Part shown: positions 58,613 through 64,000 of the stretch, in pieces | Layout of the letters: the number at the start of each line of letters is the position of its first letter | Position numbering within the stretch: position 1 is the stretch's first letter | DNA from: an uncultured bacterium | Lineage (GTDB): Bacteria; Patescibacteriota; Minisyncoccia; Phycocordibacterales; UBA9973 | Assembly (NCBI GenBank): GCA_903892035.1 | Contig: CAITGV010000001.1 | Location: forward strand, 226,711-290,710 | Length of the DNA stretch: 64,000 nt | Reading direction: 5' to 3' | Notes under the pieces: generated by a model | Database searches by the model: none | Seen by the model: the letters and a program-made list of their open reading frames with translations, nothing else | Told to the model about the DNA's origin: nothing | Translations under genes and position numbers: made by a program

Positions 58613-59611
58613 ATGAAAAAGGTAATCTTAGTAGTCCTTGTTCTGGCGACCACAGGTTGCCTAGGACAAAACCTGTTGCCATACAGGAATCCAAATGGCA
58701 AATGGAACATTAGAAGTTCTTGGTACGATTCTGCAAAGGTGGAGAGAATAAATAATCTTAACCACAGAATAAACAAAGAACTTCCTCAGTATAAACTGAG
58801 AGATGTCACCATCGGAGACTTGCCGGCTATTGAAGCCAGTGAAAGGCAAGTAGAAATAAGCACTCGCGGTGCAAACGGCGAGAAGCTTAATTTGGATCAC
58901 GCAATTGATCCACGCTCCAAAAAAGATATGCTTACCTATTCTCATGCTGAGAAAAGACAAGCATATCAGTACAACCCGAAGCTTTTTGGGGGACCTGATT
59001 TTTGGTGGAGTGAAAGGTTGGTATCTTGTGGAAATTTTTGGGATGGTATAGAGTTCGAGGAGTATAAGGCTTCTCTGACACTATCTCAAAATTCTCCTGC
59101 GAGTACTGGTAATGCCACTGGTTCAAACACCGTGGTAATATCAAAAGTTGATACAGTTTACATGCATGATACGGTTTGGGTTGAAAGACCCAATCAAAAC
59201 TATGCTGGTAATCAATATCAACAACCTTATGGTAACCAGTATGGTTACCAACAACCAATTTATGGATCAGCTTACTATGTTGAAAGCCAACCCTATTATT
59301 GGGGAGTATCTCAACCAGTTTGTTGGTCACAGTCAAACTGCCAGCATTATAATTATACTTATCAAGGTAGAAGTTATAATTGCAGGCAACGTCCAGTTGT
59401 TCAACAGAGAAGTGGATCACCGGTAAATGCTCCAACGGGGTATGTACATGGTGTTTCTCCTGTAAATGGACCAACTGGCTACACTCATTCTGGTGGCCCG
59501 ACAAATTCCGGCAACGGACTGTACGGACCAACAAATGGTTCAAATGGTTCCCATTTTCACAGTGTTGGAAATGGTGCCACCCAAGCGCCTCATGGGTTAA
59601 TGAGACATTAA
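58613..59611 (+). CDS. Lipoprotein with Gln/Tyr/Asn-rich low-complexity C-terminal half
   Basis: Lipobox LATTGC after the signal peptide. C-terminal QYQQPYGNQYGYQQPIYG repeats. Confidence 0.5.
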   Translation: MKKVILVVLVLATTGCLGQNLLPYRNPNGKWNIRSSWYDSAKVERINNLNHRINKELPQYKLRDVTIGDLPAIEASERQVEISTRGANGEKLNLDHAIDPRSKKDMLTYSHAEKRQAYQYNPKLFGGPDFWWSERLVSCGNFWDGIEFEEYKASLTLSQNSPASTGNATGSNTVVISKVDTVYMHDTVWVERPNQNYAGNQYQQPYGNQYGYQQPIYGSAYYVESQPYYWGVSQPVCWSQSNCQHYNYTYQGRSYNCRQRPVVQQRSGSPVNAPTGYVHGVSPVNGPTGYTHSGGPTNSGNGLYGPTNGSNGSHFHSVGNGATQAPHGLMRH

Positions 59612-59721
59612 AGTTTGGTAGAAGTGAGATTTATCCACTTCTACCCATACTTAAGGTTTTAATTTTAAATTGAAATTTTAAGTGTGCGAGATGAAATTAT
59701 AAGAATTAATTATTAATATAT

Positions 59722-62226
59722 ATGAAAAATTTTATGAAAAAATTTATAATGGTTTCCTTTTTTGCTTTAGCACTATTTTGTGCAAAGGCAACTTTTGCGT
59801 CGGCAAGTTTCAATACTGAGTATAATGATTTGCCAACTGTTCAGGTTTCAAATTATACTCAGCACCCAGGGTGTTCTACTTGTTGGGCACCGACAGTATC
59901 TGCAAATCCCGGAGATGTTGTAGCTGTCGAAGTGTATTACCATAATACAAGTCCAACTGTTGCATCATCGACTCATATATATATGTCACCACAAACAACT
60001 GGCGCAGTTTCATCTCAAACCTTCTCAGGTTCCGTCGGTGGTGTTTCAGGTTCTGCGGTTGTTTCACTTTCCTCATCCGTTACATTAAATTATATTTCTG
60101 GTTCGACTGTGTGGTATGCAGATCAAAACATGAGTTCACCCGCTGGACTTTTAAATGGACAAAATGGCAGTGAACTATTTTCTGGTGGATTAAATATTGG
60201 TGACATTGGCGGTGAAAATTCTTGCCCAAATAGTAATATTTTTTGTCATCAAGGAATTGTAATTGCACATTTTCAAGCGGGAAACGTGCAACAACAAGCA
60301 CAGTGTACAATAAATTCTTTCACAGCAAATCCTAGTAACATTACAGCAGGAAATATTACTTCTTTACAATGGAGTACAACAAACTGTTTAAATGTTAATC
60401 TCTCTGGTTTTGGAAATGTTGCGCCGTCTGGCAATCAGCAAACTGGTGCCCTTTATAATTCAAATTCTTACACTCTAAGTGCGACAGGAAATAACGGTAA
60501 TCCTTCGCAGACAGTATATGTGACAGTAAATCAGCAACAGCAAAATCCTTGTGTGATAAATTCTTTTTCAGCGAGTCCAACTTCAGTGACTTCTGGTGGT
60601 TCGACAATTTTAAATTGGTCAACATCAAATTGTACTAGTGCGTCAATTTCAGGAATTGGTTCAGTGGCAGTAACAGGAAGTCAGTCAACAGGCGCAATAT
60701 ACGGAACAATGAATTACACTCTTAGTGCATATGGAACAAATGGTAATCCATCTCAAACAATAACAGTCACAAGTCAGCAACAGCAAAATAATTGTTTTAT
60801 AAATTCATTTTCCGCAAATCCAACTTCAGTGGCTAATGGAGGCTATTCTACACTTTCATGGTCAACATCTGGATGTACTAGTGTTTCAATTTCAAATATT
60901 GGAAGTGTTTCAAATTCAAGTTCTCAATCAATTGGTCCAGTTTATGGAACAATGACTTACACACTTTCTGCTTATGGAAATTCAAATGGTGTTGTAACAC
61001 AAACAGTTAGTGTCTTTGCAAGTCAGCAACAGCAAAATAATTGTTACATAAATTCATTTTATGCATCACCTACAAGTGTCTCTTCGGGTTTACCTGTGAC
61101 ACTAAATTGGTCTACAAATTACGGAGGAAATGGCACGCTGACAAGTACAAATGGATATTATTCATCTGTATCTAGTACAGGATCACAAACTTTTTATCCA
61201 ACAGCAACTACTACATATACATTGAATATGAATTGTTCAAATTACAATTCGTACAATAGTTCTCCTGCGAGTCAGTCAATAACTGTGACAGTAAATCCAG
61301 TTTATGTGGCACCTGTTACAGCAACAGTATCAACATTGCTTGCAAACGGTATCACTCAAACATCAGCCCGACTCAACGGTCTTGTGATAAATAATCAAGG
61401 TACTTCTGTAACAGCACATTTTGAATATGGAACTACTACAAGTTATGGCTATGTGACCAGCAATCAAAGCATTGGTAGCGCGTCATCAATTTCATTTGCA
61501 GATACTGCTTCAAACTTAACACCAGCAACAAGTTATTTTTTCCGAGCAGTTGCTCAAACAGGAAATGGAACAGTTTATGGTGACCCGGTATTTTTCCGAA
61601 CACTTTCAAATAGTGTGCCAACTCCAGTAATTGTGCGATATGTAAATACATATACAGGAGGTGGACCTGAATCACTTTTGTCTCTTACTGTTACTACACC
61701 TTTCTCAACTGTTTATGCGGGAGACAGTGTGAATGATGTCATCACATACACAAACATTTCTTCTCAAAATCTTACAAATGCAATATTGCGTGTAGAACTT
61801 CCAAAAGATTTTACTTTTGTAAATAGTTCAGCGGGAAGTTACTCTTCATCTGACAATGCTGTGATTTTACAACTAGGAACATTGGTTCCAAAACAAACTG
61901 GCACAGTGACAGTACAAAGTAGAGTGTCAGGTAATGCAAAAGATAAAGATGCACTAGTTACAGCAGCCAATGTCGCATTTACAGATAGAAATACTGCACA
62001 GCAAGATGCTTTGGCTTATGCAATCCATAATTTCTCAACTGGTACAAATGGAAACAATCAAGCAGCTGCAGCATTTATGGCTGGATTTTTACCAACAACA
62101 TTGTTGGGGTGGTTAATATTAATAATTATAATTTTAGTTCTAATATATTTTGGACGCAGAGTATATGGAACAACAACAACTTCAAGTCGCACTACAACAA
62201 CTCACACCCCACCACCAAGTCACTAA
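59722..62226 (+). CDS. Cell-surface protein with four tandem Ig-like repeat domains, DUF11/CARDB-like region and C-terminal TM anchor
   Basis: Signal peptide. 4 x ~85-aa repeats (C.INSF.A.PTSV..GG...L.WST..C.S.SISGIGSV...SQS.G..YGTM.YTLSAYG). C-terminal LLGWLILIIIILVLIYFG TM then an Arg/Thr tail. Confidence 0.55.
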   Translation: MKNFMKKFIMVSFFALALFCAKATFASASFNTEYNDLPTVQVSNYTQHPGCSTCWAPTVSANPGDVVAVEVYYHNTSPTVASSTHIYMSPQTTGAVSSQTFSGSVGGVSGSAVVSLSSSVTLNYISGSTVWYADQNMSSPAGLLNGQNGSELFSGGLNIGDIGGENSCPNSNIFCHQGIVIAHFQAGNVQQQAQCTINSFTANPSNITAGNITSLQWSTTNCLNVNLSGFGNVAPSGNQQTGALYNSNSYTLSATGNNGNPSQTVYVTVNQQQQNPCVINSFSASPTSVTSGGSTILNWSTSNCTSASISGIGSVAVTGSQSTGAIYGTMNYTLSAYGTNGNPSQTITVTSQQQQNNCFINSFSANPTSVANGGYSTLSWSTSGCTSVSISNIGSVSNSSSQSIGPVYGTMTYTLSAYGNSNGVVTQTVSVFASQQQQNNCYINSFYASPTSVSSGLPVTLNWSTNYGGNGTLTSTNGYYSSVSSTGSQTFYPTATTTYTLNMNCSNYNSYNSSPASQSITVTVNPVYVAPVTATVSTLLANGITQTSARLNGLVINNQGTSVTAHFEYGTTTSYGYVTSNQSIGSASSISFADTASNLTPATSYFFRAVAQTGNGTVYGDPVFFRTLSNSVPTPVIVRYVNTYTGGGPESLLSLTVTTPFSTVYAGDSVNDVITYTNISSQNLTNAILRVELPKDFTFVNSSAGSYSSSDNAVILQLGTLVPKQTGTVTVQSRVSGNAKDKDALVTAANVAFTDRNTAQQDALAYAIHNFSTGTNGNNQAAAAFMAGFLPTTLLGWLILIIIILVLIYFGRRVYGTTTTSSRTTTTHTPPPSH
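60290..61130 (+). repeat. Four tandem ~255-bp coding repeats (Ig-like domain units)
   Basis: Recurrent caacagcaaaat...ataaattcattttc... nucleotide blocks, each beginning with CAGCAACAGCAAAAT. Confidence 0.6.
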
Positions 62227-62228
62227 TA

Positions 62229-62663
62229 ATGAAGAAAGAATTTACTAAAGATGAAATAAAAAAAGTAGGACAAGAAATTTACTCTTTAATTATTTCAAAA
62301 AAAAATAAAAACGCTACAATAGTCGCCCTCTCGGGCGACTTGGGCGTTGGGAAGACAACACTAACTCAATCGATTGCGAAACATTTAGGTATTACTGAAT
62401 CTGTAATTTCTCCTACGTTTGTAATTATGAAACGTTACGCGTTACGCGACTCACGTTACGCGAATTTAATTCACATCGATGCTTACCGCTTAAATTTAAG
62501 TTCCGAACTTTTGCGTCTTGGTTGGGAAGAAATAATTTCCAATCCAAAAAATTTAGTATTGATAGAATGGCCAGAAAGAGTAATTGATATAATTCCTAAA
62601 AATTGTATTCAAATTTCTCTTTCACATCATACTGAAAATACTCGTAAAATTTCAATTAAATAA
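62229..62663 (+). CDS. tsaE: tRNA threonylcarbamoyladenosine biosynthesis protein TsaE
   Basis: ALSGDLGVGKTTLTQ P-loop typical of TsaE/YjeE. Start at MKKEFTKDE, since the ORF-track 5' extension overlaps the upstream gene. Confidence 0.75.
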   Translation: MKKEFTKDEIKKVGQEIYSLIISKKNKNATIVALSGDLGVGKTTLTQSIAKHLGITESVISPTFVIMKRYALRDSRYANLIHIDAYRLNLSSELLRLGWEEIISNPKNLVLIEWPERVIDIIPKNCIQISLSHHTENTRKISIK

Positions 62664-62678
62664 TGCTATACTTTATGT

Positions 62679-64000
62679 ATGGCAAATACTAAAAACACCC
62701 CAAAACGCCTTATTTTGCTTGATTCCCATGCAATTATTCATAGGGCTTATCACGCGCTACCAGACTTCGCTTCATCCTCTGGTGAGCCTACAGGAGCCTT
62801 GTATGGGCTATCTACGATGCTCATGAAGATCATTGCAGATTTGAAGCCAGATTATATTGTCGCAGCTTACGATTTGCCAAAGAAAACTTTTCGCCATGAA
62901 GCCTACGGCGCCTATAAAGCTGGGCGAGCAAAGACTGATGATGATTTAATAACTCAACTTAAAAGTTCAAGAAAAATTTTTGAAGCATTTGGAGTGCCGA
63001 TGTACGACGCAGAAGGTTTTGAGGCTGATGATATTTTGGGAACAGTAGTAGAACATTTTGGTAAAAACCCTTCGAATTCTTCAGGGCAGGCAAAAAATTT
63101 AGATATAGTGATTGCTTCTGGAGATATGGATACAATGCAACTTGTAGATGGTAAACATGTACAAGTATTTACTTTAAAAAAGGGAATTAATGACACAATT
63201 TTATATGACGAAGAAGCTGTGCTCACTCGTTTTGGATTTAAGCCAAAACTTTTGCCCGATTATAAAGGTCTTCGAGGTGACCCATCTGATAATATTATAG
63301 GTATTAAAGGTATTGGAGAAAAAACAGCAACAACTTTAATTACAACTTTTGGAACAGTTGAAAATATTTATAAAGTTATAAAAAAAACTCCTGAACAATT
63401 AAAAAAAGTAGGTATTACTGAAAGAGTTTTACAATTATTAGTTGAAGGTGAAGAAGAAGCTTTATTTTCAAAAACTCTTGCGACCATTCGCCGTGATGCT
63501 CCTATTGACTTTAAACTTCCAGTAAAAGAATTTCGAGAATCAATTGAGATAAATAAAATTGAAAAGTTATTTAATGAATTGGAATTTCGTTCTTTATATG
63601 CAAGGGCAAAAAGCCTGTTTAATTCAAATGAAGAAATACTAAAAGAGGAAATTGCAGATAAAAAAAGTGAAAATAATGTTGACCCAAATGAATTAAAAAA
63701 AATTTCTATTGCACTTTGGCTTTTGAATTCTGAACTTTCAAATGTTACTTATGAAGACGTAATTAACTATGGAGGAAAAGATTTTGATGAGGCAAAAAAT
63801 AAAATATTGGCTGATATAGAAAAAAAAGAACTAAAATATGTTTATGAAAATATAGAATTGCCAATCATTGAACCGATTGAGGAAATGACTAAAGTTGGAA
63901 TAAAGATTGATAAAGTTTATTTAAAAAAACTTTCCGATGAGTACCATATAGAGCTTTCAAAATTAGAAAAAAATATATGGAAATATGCTGGTAGGGAATT
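62679..64000 (+). CDS. polA: DNA polymerase I, 5'-3' exonuclease (FEN-like) domain; 3' end beyond window
   Basis: LLDSHAIIHRAYHA, YKAGR, GIKGIGEKTA (H3TH). Open to the end of the window. Confidence 0.8.
   Translation, partial: MANTKNTPKRLILLDSHAIIHRAYHALPDFASSSGEPTGALYGLSTMLMKIIADLKPDYIVAAYDLPKKTFRHEAYGAYKAGRAKTDDDLITQLKSSRKIFEAFGVPMYDAEGFEADDILGTVVEHFGKNPSNSSGQAKNLDIVIASGDMDTMQLVDGKHVQVFTLKKGINDTILYDEEAVLTRFGFKPKLLPDYKGLRGDPSDNIIGIKGIGEKTATTLITTFGTVENIYKVIKKTPEQLKKVGITERVLQLLVEGEEEALFSKTLATIRRDAPIDFKLPVKEFRESIEINKIEKLFNELEFRSLYARAKSLFNSNEEILKEEIADKKSENNVDPNELKKISIALWLLNSELSNVTYEDVINYGGKDFDEAKNKILADIEKKELKYVYENIELPIIEPIEEMTKVGIKIDKVYLKKLSDEYHIELSKLEKNIWKYAGRE

Noticed and set aside
58495-58776. 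94-aa N-terminal extension of the pilB ORF
   Set aside because: Hydrophobic junk translation that overlaps the divergent lipoprotein gene and its promoter region. The conserved PilB N-terminus begins at the internal ATG.
62109-62228. 5' extension of the tsaE ORF
   Set aside because: It overlaps the C-terminus of the upstream surface-protein gene in another frame. The TsaE homology starts at MKKEFTKDE.

Overview
Low-GC, gene-dense bacterial chromosome segment. Its gene content (trigger factor without a PPIase domain, a tRNA island, a type-IV-secretion-like cluster, PilB, very short intergenic spacers) fits a small-genome Patescibacteria/CPR-like organism; that placement is an inference and no database search was run. 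The window spans the replication origin: rpmH-rnpA-yidD-yidC-jag on the minus strand, dnaA-dnaN on the plus strand, with DnaA-box clusters on both sides of dnaA. Housekeeping genes are identified from motifs. These are nusA (3' end), ppa, tig, clpP, rny, hup, xth, xerC/D, rpsO, pnp, yifB/comM, a LysM-M23 peptidase, pcrA/uvrD, ksgA, PBP1A, tyrS, ruvC, a four-helix-bundle protein, yebC, ruvB, pilB, tsaE and the polA 5'-3' exonuclease (5' end). Four tRNAs (Gly-TCC, Pro-TGG, Arg-TCG, Gly-GCC) lie next to yraN and a CCA-adding enzyme gene. The main accessory block is a roughly 17 kb T4SS-like cluster of secreted and membrane proteins (about 27.6-44.6 kb). It holds a VirB4 ATPase split into two adjacent genes, a VirB6/TrbL-like polytopic protein, a VirB3/PrgI-like small membrane protein, and a 712-aa fusion of an alpha/beta-hydrolase motif with a VirB2-pilin-like hairpin. 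Inside this cluster a DUF4143 AAA ATPase gene with its own promoter sits between perfect 52-bp direct repeats and leaves a duplicated 16-codon fragment of the downstream gene. Two families of GC-rich palindromic repeats are scattered through the AT-rich DNA. One is a nested hairpin found three times in intergenic DNA. The other is a CCTCTCC/GGAGAGG module family, one copy of which lies in-frame inside a CDS. An agmatinase-like gene with a coiled-coil insertion is paired with a deoxyhypusine-synthase-like gene.
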